This document shows, in pieces, positions 26,517 through 34,596 of a DNA stretch of 58,144 bases (positions are counted from its first letter, which is position 1; every line of letters starts with the position of its first letter). The notes beneath the pieces are model-generated. The model had not been told where the DNA came from. It worked only from the letters and a program-made list of their open reading frames with translations, and searched no databases. The stretch is taken from IMG/VR virus record IMGVR_UViG_3300034003_000001, positions 1 to 58,144 of that record; one strand, written 5' to 3'. Both the position numbers and the translations under genes were made by a program. The stretch comes from a virus.

Positions 26517-26636
26517 TGTCCTGCCTCCATTGTTGCATTGTTGCATTGTTGTAAAGGGTTATTGATGTGCAAGGATGCCAGTATAGCAGATTGAGCGTCA
26601 AACGCATACTGTTACACATTTTACACTTTTCCACAT

Positions 26637-26670
26637 AAGAAAAGCCCCGTACGGGGCAAGACGTACGGGG
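26637..26670 (-). terminator. Intrinsic terminator upstream of the methyltransferase transcription unit
   Basis: Minus strand: ccccgtacg-tcttg-CCCCGTACGGGGC followed by ttttctt. The 14-nt element is a perfect palindrome, and an upstream duplicate half allows an alternative stem. Confidence 0.75.
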
Positions 26671-26828
26671 CAACCAATGGAGATATTGCTTCGGCGGGCG
26701 GGCGTGGGCTTTGGCGTTGTCACTTCCCAGTTACCAGTTCCAGGTTATGCGCTTGAGCCTATCATACAACGTCCTTATCCTACCCGCAACCCCCCGCCGC
26801 CCGCAATGGTACGATTTTGCTATGTGCG

Positions 26829-27566
26829 CTATGTAGGCGACAGCAACCGCCGCACGTCCTCCGTTACGTGCCCGCAATTCCCACATCTAGGCGCGTAGCC
26901 GTGGGGTACGGCGGTACGCTCGTTACAATTTTCGCACACTAATATAGAGCCACTGCCCAACGGCTTACTCTTGCCGTCCGATACAGCATAAACCCCCTTA
27001 CCCTCAACGGGCGGGGCCTGCTCTTGGGCATAAGCGGCGGATGCCTCATCGACGGGCGTGCCGTCCGCCTTGAAACCGTACACAGGAATATTTGAATCCC
27101 CGTGCATCGACGCCGCCGCCTCTTGCATAGCCCGCAACTGCGACCCCGTAACAACCCCGCTCGACCCGTCCGGCTCGATAAAGATCGTAACGCGCTCACA
27201 TTCAGCGTCCAGCGGGATGTCCCCACGGGCTTGACCCGCACGGAACGCCGCCGCGTATGCTCGGTTGGCAAGGTCGATATACCGTGCCGCTTCAGCCTCC
27301 GCCTCAGCCGTCATGACCGTAAACAATTCCTCCAACGTTATTATCCCCTTGCCAATGAGCAGGTTTATTACCCCGGAGGAATTGAGTAAGGCCGTTGTAA
27401 GGTTGGTTTGCATTACATTGGGCTTTAGCAGTTTGGCCCCTGCTTGCGCCTGGAAATCAACGCCCGCTTGGATAACTTGCATTGCATGTTGGTAACGGGC
27501 CTGCAAAGGCCGTACGCGGGCATCCTCTTGCAACCGCTCGATTGGGTCATTGCTCGATGTAAACAT
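26829..27566 (-). CDS. Hypothetical protein with a C-terminal zinc ribbon
   Basis: 245 aa with a CAAAATGGAGGG leader. The C-terminus reads CENCNERTAVPHGYAPRCGNCGH. Confidence 0.65.
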   Translation of the reverse strand: MFTSSNDPIERLQEDARVRPLQARYQHAMQVIQAGVDFQAQAGAKLLKPNVMQTNLTTALLNSSGVINLLIGKGIITLEELFTVMTAEAEAEAARYIDLANRAYAAAFRAGQARGDIPLDAECERVTIFIEPDGSSGVVTGSQLRAMQEAAASMHGDSNIPVYGFKADGTPVDEASAAYAQEQAPPVEGKGVYAVSDGKSKPLGSGSILVCENCNERTAVPHGYAPRCGNCGHVTEDVRRLLSPT

Positions 27567-27617
27567 GGTTAGAAACTCCCTCCATTTTGCTTGGTTATGC
27601 CGCCCGGCGGGTTGAAA

Positions 27618-28328
27618 TTACCCCGCCGTATCCCCCTTTAGAATGTTGATGAATTGGGACGCCTCCGCTTTGGTAAGCTCTTGAGGACGTACCCCCCAAA
27701 TCTCAACGCAACGGTCATCCACTTGCCCCTCGGACAACCGCTTTGCCGCCCGCCCAATAGCGTAAATGGCCTTGATCTGCTTTTCAGTTGCGCCCGTTGC
27801 CGCCGCACCGGAGGGTTGAATATCCGGCGGGTGGTCAAAGTCGTCCGCATCAACCGGGCTTTGTTGGGTCGTCATACGGGTTTGTGTGGGGTTTGTAGCC
27901 GTGCCCCTAGACACACCAGGATGCCCCACGTTAGGCGCAACCCCCGTTTGGCTATTACCAGACCCGTTGCCGGTAGAACGGGGATTCGTGCCTGATTGGG
28001 GTTGTACCGGGGCATATGGCGGAACCTGCTTGTAAGGTCCATCTTGCGAGGCCGGGGTCCCGTCGAGGTTGGGCCCGGCGTAGTGGGAAGCGATGTTATA
28101 GGCCCGGTGCAAGTCCCCGGCAAGGCGGGCAATGAGCAAAAGCATGGGGTCCCCGGCGGTTACACCGGGCGCGGCCCCATGCCCGCCATCCCCCGCTCCA
28201 CCTGCCTTGCCCAAAGCAATGCGGTACTGGTACGCCGCCCGTATCAAACTCCGCTCATATGCCGAATACGAGTCGATCCAACCCGGCGAATCTTCCGGGG
28301 CCGCTTTTGGTTGTGCGCTGTTTGTCAT
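27618..28328 (-). CDS. Hypothetical protein (possible DNA-binding C-terminal domain)
   Basis: Start moved to ATG 28328, which forms an ATGA overlap with the upstream stop and follows a CAACAATGGGGG leader. It has a long low-complexity centre. The C-terminal segment ATEKQIKAIYAIGRA...LTKAEASQFINILKG is a pattern I recognise from phage replication and recombination modules but cannot name. Confidence 0.6.
   Translation of the reverse strand: MTNSAQPKAAPEDSPGWIDSYSAYERSLIRAAYQYRIALGKAGGAGDGGHGAAPGVTAGDPMLLLIARLAGDLHRAYNIASHYAGPNLDGTPASQDGPYKQVPPYAPVQPQSGTNPRSTGNGSGNSQTGVAPNVGHPGVSRGTATNPTQTRMTTQQSPVDADDFDHPPDIQPSGAAATGATEKQIKAIYAIGRAAKRLSEGQVDDRCVEIWGVRPQELTKAEASQFINILKGDTAG
27921..27937 (-). 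repeat. Dispersed 17-nt motif copy 3 (ATGCCCCACGTTAGGCG, 1 mismatch)
   Basis: Same orientation as the other copies. It shares extended flanks (ccaggATGCCCCACGTT) with copy 1. It lies inside a coding region. Confidence 0.7.
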
Positions 28329-28555
28329 GCCGAAACCCCCATTGTTGTGCACCATGTTGCCTGTTTATGGTCCGGGGCGTTGATATACGGGCAATGCCCA
28401 TCTTTGAAAAACATTGCCGACTCCCCGCATATAGGGCATGGTGGCGTATTGCGGATTGCATCGAGGCGCGCCCCGGCACGCTCCGTATATTCCCGCTCAT
28501 CCTCATCCATGCCCCACGGGTAAACGTCATCCTCGAAACAAAGATGTATGGTCAT
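28325..28555 (-). CDS. Small zinc-binding protein
   Basis: 76 aa with CPICGE...HCP. ATGA-type overlaps on both sides. Confidence 0.55.
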   Translation of the reverse strand: MTIHLCFEDDVYPWGMDEDEREYTERAGARLDAIRNTPPCPICGESAMFFKDGHCPYINAPDHKQATWCTTMGVSA

Positions 28556-29535
28556 TCCCCTGCCTCCAATTCCTCCGTAAGCGTGGCGTCCGCCGGGACC
28601 TCGACACCCCGCAACCCCAACGCCTCAACGTACGCCTTGCCCGCCTCAGTACAAGCGTTGTCCGCCCACACGTTATGCTCCGAAACCGGGAAACCCCGCT
28701 TTACGCCAACCCCTTTTTCGAGGTCCGCCCGCGTGGGATGACCCTGCAAGAGTACGGGGTTGATTGGCCCCAACCGGGCGCACGCACGGGTCATGCGCTC
28801 AACGAGGCGGTCCGGTATGCCATTCGTTGCCCAAGACCGGAGCACGCGCCCCAACGTGATTTGCGAGTCCGAGTAAAGGTTCCCCGACCATCCAGGCGGC
28901 AACGCCTCCAACGCCTTTAGTACCGCGATGTATTCCATCAGGTTGTTGGTTACAGGCTCCGAATCGTCAACGCACGGCTCAAGCCCGGAGGCCCATGCAA
29001 CCCGCGTCCCACCTTGCGGCCCCGGCGCATCGACAAAGCAATAAGCCCACGTCCCGCCAACCGTCGAGGGATTGCGGCCTATAACTCCACCATCGGTATA
29101 GACGGCCTTGACGTTATCAGCATCGACGGGCAACGGCCTGGTTTCAGCGGGTCCCGCAACAGCGTCCGTCGAACCGGGTCCCTCCGCCGGGATTTCGAGC
29201 GGCGCGCCCATTACAGCGTTTTCCCCGAACTGGTACGCCATTTGGGAATACTGCACAACCCCGGCCTCCGTACGGGTTTCGGGCGCATAGACTATGCAGG
29301 CCGCGCCCGTTTCCCCCTCACGTACCCGCCCTTGCGCCCATTCAACCATAAACTTTGTGCCCACGGGCCAAACCCCGCCCCAAACAAGCGTATAAGCCCG
29401 CAACCCGTTTGAGAATACGAGCAGGTAAAGGTTGGAGGCGTTGGGCCCCAACTTTTCTTTGATACGCACCGGGGCACCGTCTAGGCCTAAGTATTCAACG
29501 GCGGTCAAAAGCATCTCATCAACGGGGCCGCTCAT
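28552..29535 (-). CDS. Ribonuclease H (type 1) with an N-terminal extension of about 140 aa
   Basis: The C-terminal half, KAVYTDGGVIGRN...TNNLMEYIAVLKALEAL...LYSDSQITLGRV...QGHPT...EHNVWADNACTEA, carries the D-E-D-(H)-D pattern of RNase HI (PF00075). Confidence 0.8.
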   Translation of the reverse strand: MSGPVDEMLLTAVEYLGLDGAPVRIKEKLGPNASNLYLLVFSNGLRAYTLVWGGVWPVGTKFMVEWAQGRVREGETGAACIVYAPETRTEAGVVQYSQMAYQFGENAVMGAPLEIPAEGPGSTDAVAGPAETRPLPVDADNVKAVYTDGGVIGRNPSTVGGTWAYCFVDAPGPQGGTRVAWASGLEPCVDDSEPVTNNLMEYIAVLKALEALPPGWSGNLYSDSQITLGRVLRSWATNGIPDRLVERMTRACARLGPINPVLLQGHPTRADLEKGVGVKRGFPVSEHNVWADNACTEAGKAYVEALGLRGVEVPADATLTEELEAGE

Positions 29536-30077
29536 CGGTTATACCTCCAATGCGGGGCAAGGGACTCGTACCAACCCCACTTGTCAGCTTGAGCTTGCAA
29601 GTAACGTCTTACCCGATAGAGCGGGTTGCGCGTAAACCGCCCTCGACGCCGCAATTTGAGCATTCGGAGTCGCCGCTCGTAACTTTGCACAAGCTCAAAA
29701 CACTCTTGGCACTCGTGCCACGGACGTATTGAACCATAAGCCACAGGTACAACGGCGCGGTCAAAGGGGTTGTACTCGAAAAGATGATAGGTCCGCCCGC
29801 AACCCGGCGGACTCATCGCCTCACAAGTAACTACCCGGCCCGCCTCCAACTCATCGAAAATCCATTCCTGCATCCAATAGGCGGCGCGGTCCCCCGACTC
29901 TGGTTCGGGGTCCCGGCGCGGGTATACACGCTTGAGGTATTTTTGGGGCGGCAACGGCACTTGCGGGTTTGCGGCCTCCGCCTGGTTGTAACGGCGCAAC
30001 GGCCCTTGACCATTCACCAAGTACCAACCATCCCCCAAATCCACTACCTGCTCAACCTGCTTGCCCTGATTGTCCAT
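29532..30077 (-). CDS. Hypothetical protein
   Basis: 181-aa ORF with a CAACAACAATGGAGG leader and a basic C-terminus. Confidence 0.6.
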   Translation of the reverse strand: MDNQGKQVEQVVDLGDGWYLVNGQGPLRRYNQAEAANPQVPLPPQKYLKRVYPRRDPEPESGDRAAYWMQEWIFDELEAGRVVTCEAMSPPGCGRTYHLFEYNPFDRAVVPVAYGSIRPWHECQECFELVQSYERRLRMLKLRRRGRFTRNPLYRVRRYLQAQADKWGWYESLAPHWRYNR

Positions 30078-30831
30078 TGCTGGAGTCCTCCATTGTTGTT
30101 GATTCCTTTTGGATAGTTTCGCTTACCTCCGGCTCGAATATCTCAAACACCCGCCCCGTACCGTAACACTTGGGGCACGCCCCTTTACCCGGACCCGTAA
30201 CGCACCGCTCCGGCACAATGGAAATCTCGACGCGTGGGCGGTCCTTATCCTCATACCGATACGCGCTGATTTCCGTTATTTGGGAGTCGTTGCCGTAGGC
30301 CAACCCCTGCAACGCATCGAATACCAGTTTTAGCACGCCCTCCAAATCCCCAACCCGTCGAGGGCGGTAAACGCCCACGTACACAACCACGTTACCCTCT
30401 ATTGGCTCAATAGGTCCGCCCCACGGCCCGCGTGCCTCCGCTTTGAGGGCGGCAACGTCCGCATCCCACTCTTTGACGGGCCCGATACGAAACGCATTTA
30501 TTGCGTGTTTGGGGTTGACGGCGCAAACGTGCCGCTTGTAGTGGTTGGCCCCAATGGGGTACGGAAATTCAACCTCAACCATGCCCCGTGCGTTTTGAGT
30601 TGGAGGACTAAGTATGACCGTCTTACGGGATCGCTTGCGGGTTGTATAGTCCCGCTTTGGCGGTTTCTTGCCGGGCGCGGCCTCGTTGAGCAGGTCCGCC
30701 GTTGCCCCTTTTACGGCCTCTATAAACCCCTCCGCAACCGCCCGCGTTGCTTCATCCTTACCTGGGATAAGCCCAAGTCGTACGGCGTCCGCCTCCGAAA
30801 TCTCGACGGGCTTTGCACTTCGTTTGGTCAT
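30052..30831 (-). CDS. rusA: RusA-family Holliday junction resolvase with an N-terminal extension and a C-terminal zinc ribbon
   Basis: 259 aa. The core VVVYVGVYRPRRVGDLEGVLKLVFDALQGLAYGNDSQITEISAYRYEDKDRPRVEISIV matches the RusA D-x-D/E-N...K...DAL...DDSQ pattern (PF05866). The C-terminus has CPKCYGTG. Confidence 0.75.
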   Translation of the reverse strand: MTKRSAKPVEISEADAVRLGLIPGKDEATRAVAEGFIEAVKGATADLLNEAAPGKKPPKRDYTTRKRSRKTVILSPPTQNARGMVEVEFPYPIGANHYKRHVCAVNPKHAINAFRIGPVKEWDADVAALKAEARGPWGGPIEPIEGNVVVYVGVYRPRRVGDLEGVLKLVFDALQGLAYGNDSQITEISAYRYEDKDRPRVEISIVPERCVTGPGKGACPKCYGTGRVFEIFEPEVSETIQKESTTMEDSSNGQSGQAG

Positions 30832-31376
30832 GGCATATCACCCCGCACGCCCCGCATCCGACGTTGCTCCGTTGCCTCGTAATCCTCCAAGAAGTCATCC
30901 ATCGACGCCCAACCTTGCGCCCGCTCCGGGCGGATCGTGGGATTGCCGTCTTTATCACGGCGCGCAAAGGTTGGGCCCTCCACCCGATCCTCCGCCAATG
31001 CCTGCATACGCGTCTGCTCAAACTCCGCGTCGTAAACATTGACCGTAACGATTTGCGGGGCCCAATCCGGCGGGTAATCGACGGACGTTACCGGGAAACG
31101 CCAGCCTAAGAGGGTCACATACACCCCGCCAGCGGTCATAGTATCCAAGTCACGCAAGGTTGCACGCCTACCGTGAGACTCCAACAACCGCCCCGTTTGA
31201 TCTTTGACATAAAGCCAAAACTGCTTTTCCGCCGCCCCGGTATCAGCCGCTTTGACCTCCGGGGCCTCCGGGGCCTCCGGCTCAAACCAGATCCGTACCC
31301 GCAAGCGGCGGAGGTCAAAGCGGCGGAGTCGGCGGTTGTACCAGTCTTGGAACGCTTGCAATGCTTGTAGGCTCAT
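30828..31376 (-). CDS. Hypothetical protein
   Basis: 182-aa ORF with an ATGA overlap onto rusA. Confidence 0.6.
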   Translation of the reverse strand: MSLQALQAFQDWYNRRLRRFDLRRLRVRIWFEPEAPEAPEVKAADTGAAEKQFWLYVKDQTGRLLESHGRRATLRDLDTMTAGGVYVTLLGWRFPVTSVDYPPDWAPQIVTVNVYDAEFEQTRMQALAEDRVEGPTFARRDKDGNPTIRPERAQGWASMDDFLEDYEATEQRRMRGVRGDMP

Positions 31377-31582
31377 ATTATGCCGCCATACGTGCCGAAC
31401 ACGGCCTCAAACATCAACATGCCGATATAGCAAAGCCCGAAAACGGCGAGGGCCGCAATCCCCATAAAGAACCATTGCCACGCCGTTATATGCCCGTACT
31501 CATCCGGGTCCGGGGCCTGCAACGCGTCGATGTTGCCCGCGTTGCCCGCGTTGCCCCGGTCGTCCTTTTCCCAATCAACCAT
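31373..31582 (-). CDS. Small membrane protein
   Basis: 69 aa with a CAACAACAATGGAGGG leader. It has one or two hydrophobic segments (WQWFFMGIAALAVFGLCYIGMLMFEAVF). Confidence 0.6.
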   Translation of the reverse strand: MVDWEKDDRGNAGNAGNIDALQAPDPDEYGHITAWQWFFMGIAALAVFGLCYIGMLMFEAVFGTYGGII

Positions 31583-31982
31583 TGTCTTTACCCTCCATTG
31601 TTGTTGATCCCTTGAACTTGTACTCCGGCCCCAAGATCAACCTTGCCACCGCCCTTGCAGGTTCCGGCCCGAATATTCCCGCCACATCGACAAACCAAAT
31701 TTCCCCGTCCGGTACGTCCGGGTCTACCCGCATACGGACACCCGGCACAAAACCCGGCAACTCCGCACGTTCCCCAAACCCCGCCCGCCTCAACGCTTCC
31801 AGCGTATCACGAGAAAGCGGAGCGGGCGGCGGCGGGTCCTCGTAAGGCTCATCCGCCGGATGAACGCCCAAGAGGTCCGTCGGCACGGATTCTAGATAGC
31901 CCGTCAAACAATCGAGGCACGGACGCCAGCGGGCAAGGTCGAGCAACCCGTATATTTCGAGGTCAAAGAACGAGGGCCGCAA
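31575..31982 (-). CDS. Hypothetical protein (start uncertain)
   Basis: 135-aa track ORF with a TTG start, no Shine-Dalgarno and a 79-nt overlap with the upstream ORF in the -1 frame. An alternative TTG overlaps the upstream stop as TTGA at about 31907. Confidence 0.5.
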   Translation of the reverse strand: MRPSFFDLEIYGLLDLARWRPCLDCLTGYLESVPTDLLGVHPADEPYEDPPPPAPLSRDTLEALRRAGFGERAELPGFVPGVRMRVDPDVPDGEIWFVDVAGIFGPEPARAVARLILGPEYKFKGSTTMEGKDNG

Positions 31983-32143
31983 TCAGGGTCCGGGTCAATT
32001 ATCTCAACGTCATGTTCAACTTGCGAATACCTCAACCCGCAAAACAGTAGCATTTCAGTGTCCGTTGATGCCGTTTCGCGGCGCGTCCGCTCCCAATCTA
32101 TGACGTGAACTCGGGGCCGTGGCCTTAGTACCTCAATACCCAC
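31904..32143 (-). CDS. Hypothetical protein
   Basis: 79-aa ORF with a GTG start 8 nt after GGAGGG (TAATGGAGGG leader). Confidence 0.55.
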   Translation of the reverse strand: MGIEVLRPRPRVHVIDWERTRRETASTDTEMLLFCGLRYSQVEHDVEIIDPDPDCGPRSLTSKYTGCSTLPAGVRASIV

Positions 32144-32459
32144 AGTTGTAACCCTCCATTATCCCGCCGGGCGGGATGGGGCGGATCGTGCCCGGTATAG
32201 CGTGAATATGCGCGTTGGTACGGGCGGCGATCTCGTTGCAAACGGCGGCCTTGCACTCCGGGCAAAGATAATACACATGGTCATAGTACCGCCCGGTCTT
32301 GTCCGCGAACCGCACGGGGAACGGAAACCCCATACCCGGCGGGTTGCGTTCTTTGAAAACGCATGACCCACAAGGACCCATAACGAGAGCCCCGCGCTGT
32401 GGCTCGGGCGCGTCGATGTGATACGCCTGGTTCCCGTCATCCCGCCCGTTCAAGTTCAA
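32133..32459 (-). CDS. Small zinc-binding protein
   Basis: 108 aa with CGSC...CPEC. Confidence 0.6.
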   Translation of the reverse strand: MNLNGRDDGNQAYHIDAPEPQRGALVMGPCGSCVFKERNPPGMGFPFPVRFADKTGRYYDHVYYLCPECKAAVCNEIAARTNAHIHAIPGTIRPIPPGGIMEGYNCGY

Positions 32460-33189
32460 CCCCCCAAATGCCCGGCATTCCCGGCGTACCGTACGCCGCC
32501 ATTAGTTCCGCAACCGCCCCGTCGAGCATCGAGCGTGCCGCCTCCGCCTCCGCAAGAGCGGCGTTGAGCAGGTCCCGCGCCGCCTCGACCTCCACCAGTA
32601 TAGCACCAATGGGGCGTATGCTTCCATGTGTATAACCCTTTGACGCCTGTTTTACCTCCGGGACCTCGACACGCTGTAATGCCCCACGTTGGACGGCTGG
32701 GAGCTTATGCAGGTATTCCGGCACATCCGCCCGCTCCGAGGCAACGTGGGGCGTTTCAGGGGCCTTGCAGGGCGGTTGCAGGTATACCCCAACCACGGGA
32801 TTATCAAGTGCCGCAACTAAGGCCCGCTTCCACGCCATGCCGTCCACACCGGCGGAGGCGGAGTAATCGATCCGCTCAACGCGTTCGACCGGGTTTGTGT
32901 CATCCGAGGGGTCCGGCACAAACAGGCGGCGGAATATCTCTTTGGGCGCATGGTCCCGCACGTAGCGGCGGCAATGTTCGCAGACGGGGCGTGTCCCGTT
33001 ATCGGGGTAGACTTTGGACCCCTCCGCCACAAGCCCGCACGCCGCGATCTTGACGGGCGCAACCCCGCCCGTCTGCATATTCCGCCATAGATGCACCGGG
33101 AAATCCTGCTTGACCGCACAGCCCCAAAACCATTCTTTGCCGCCCGCTATAACCCGCTCAACAAGCGGTTGCCTGATTTGTTCACGCAT
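32437..33189 (-). CDS. Hypothetical protein (downstream partner of the replisome organizer)
   Basis: The track ORF extends to 33441 inside the upstream gene. ATG 33189 (MREQIRQ...) lies 9 nt after GGAGG and overlaps the upstream stop as ATGCGTGA. About 250 aa. No Walker motif seen. Confidence 0.6.
   Translation of the reverse strand: MREQIRQPLVERVIAGGKEWFWGCAVKQDFPVHLWRNMQTGGVAPVKIAACGLVAEGSKVYPDNGTRPVCEHCRRYVRDHAPKEIFRRLFVPDPSDDTNPVERVERIDYSASAGVDGMAWKRALVAALDNPVVGVYLQPPCKAPETPHVASERADVPEYLHKLPAVQRGALQRVEVPEVKQASKGYTHGSIRPIGAILVEVEAARDLLNAALAEAEAARSMLDGAVAELMAAYGTPGMPGIWGVELERAG
32679..32695 (-). repeat. Dispersed 17-nt motif copy 4 (ATGCCCCACGTTGGACG, 1 mismatch)
   Basis: Same orientation as the other copies. 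It lies inside a coding region. Confidence 0.7.
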
Positions 33190-34582
33190 TGCCGTCATCC
33201 TCCATTGTTGCATTGCTGGTCGGTTTATTCTGGTTGCCCTGGTTGAACATTGCCCCGTACTTCCCGCCCGGCCCGTACTTTGCCGCAACGTCCGGGTTTG
33301 CCAGTGACCCCGCCCGGTCCCGCTTGACCTCCGGATGCAGGCCCCGGCCCCGGCCATTCCCGTACCCGTTGCCAGCATTACCAGCGGCCACGGCCACGGC
33401 CACGGCCACGGCCCCGGCCACGGCCCCGCTCGACGCATCACCCTCGACCTCGATCCAAGCCCGCCAATAGTTCTTACGCAAGAACCGTATGGGGTCCCGT
33501 GGTATTTGCCCGGACTCGGCGTAATGCTTTACGGCAAGCTCCATTGCCCGGCGGGACCGTATGGGCAAGCGACGGAGAATGGCCCTACATTCCCGCTTGT
33601 CCGTTTTGGGTATGAGCTTGCCCGTGTCTTCGTTTACCCGGCGCGGGTAGGGTTGCCAAAACTTTTGCTCAAACCAAAGATCGAATTCCGCCTCTTGCTC
33701 CGGCGTCCATTCCGGTGCTTTCGGGCGTCCGGGGGTTCCCCGTTTTTTTGAAATTTGCGGGGACTCTTGGACTGGATTCTCAACTTTTAGATTCTGTTGG
33801 TTATTAACGTATGAATCGTTAACCGTTACTTCATCCTTAATATCCCTATACCCCCCTATAATCCCCCCATTGGGGTCATCCGCGACGCCCATGTTACCGT
33901 TACTTGGCTTTTTTTCGAGGGTAGTTTTTTGCTCCACGCCCATGTTACCGTTACTTGGGCGTGGGACTTTGTCATTTTCTTCATGCGACATATCACTGCT
34001 TACGTGCAAGTAACCGTTACTTGGAAAATCATCCCATGTTACGGTTACTTGGGAGTCAACCGACTCCATGTTACGGTTACTTGGGCGTGCGACTTCGTGA
34101 TTCGGGGTTTCCGGGGTTTCAGATTCCAAGTAACGGTTACTTGGGCGTGGGGCACCCTGATTCGCCCGATTTTTTGGGTCGTTTTTTACCCCGTTTTTTA
34201 CCTCAATTGCTCTTGATTTCCCTCGATAGTTCGCGGCCTTTTGCCGGGCTTTTTCCCGCTGTTTTATGACCTTGCCGCCGCCCTCCGCCCAACCCACTAT
34301 TTGCAGTTCATGGTCGAGAAACTCAGCATCAACGAGGGCCACAAGCAGGCGGTCCGGGTCCCCTACCCACTCCGCCCCCGCCGCAATAGCCGCCGCATCA
34401 TAGGCCGTAAGGTCCCCGTCCGGGGCGTCCGTCAACGCCCACATCCAAAGGTCGAGCACCAACCCCATAGCCTCGTGCTTGTTGAGGTTGAGTCGGGACA
34501 TAAGACGGCGGGTCTTTTTCGATTTCCGCAATGAGCGGTAAGCGGGTATGTAGAGGTTGTCGTTTTGCGGTCCGGTAGACAT
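33182..34582 (-). CDS. Replisome organizer / replication initiator-like protein containing the iteron array
   Basis: 466 aa. The N-terminus, RLMSRLNLNKHEAMGLVLDLWMWALTDAPDGDL...LVALVDAEFLD, resembles phage replisome-organizer N-terminal domains. The C-terminal FDLWFEQKFWQPYPRRV...IRFLRKNYWRAWIE resembles the DnaD-like phage replication motif. The central part is encoded by six DNA repeats, seen in the protein as PSNGNMGV, PSNRNMES, PSNRYLES and PSNGYLHV. Confidence 0.7.
   Translation of the reverse strand: MSTGPQNDNLYIPAYRSLRKSKKTRRLMSRLNLNKHEAMGLVLDLWMWALTDAPDGDLTAYDAAAIAAGAEWVGDPDRLLVALVDAEFLDHELQIVGWAEGGGKVIKQREKARQKAANYRGKSRAIEVKNGVKNDPKNRANQGAPRPSNRYLESETPETPNHEVARPSNRNMESVDSQVTVTWDDFPSNGYLHVSSDMSHEENDKVPRPSNGNMGVEQKTTLEKKPSNGNMGVADDPNGGIIGGYRDIKDEVTVNDSYVNNQQNLKVENPVQESPQISKKRGTPGRPKAPEWTPEQEAEFDLWFEQKFWQPYPRRVNEDTGKLIPKTDKRECRAILRRLPIRSRRAMELAVKHYAESGQIPRDPIRFLRKNYWRAWIEVEGDASSGAVAGAVAVAVAVAAGNAGNGYGNGRGRGLHPEVKRDRAGSLANPDVAAKYGPGGKYGAMFNQGNQNKPTSNATMEDDGNA
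33888..34146. repeat. Iteron array (six copies of a roughly 19-bp site built on GTAAC-N-GTTAC), candidate origin of replication
   Basis: Copies at 33888, 33939, 34010, 34033, 34066 and 34127. Examples are cccatgttaccgttacttggg, and the full palindromes caagtaaccgttacttgg and ccaagtaacggttacttgg. All lie inside the organizer gene, as lambda ori lies inside gene O. Confidence 0.75.
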
Positions 34583-34596
34583 AGCGACTCTAGCGA

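Noticed and set aside
26570-26600. A standard sigma70 promoter for the methyltransferase unit, using TTGACG plus TATACT.
   Set aside because: The two hexamers are only about 10 nt apart, too close for a functional -35/-10 pair. The TATACT -10 may still be used with an activator, so I did not list it as a promoter feature.
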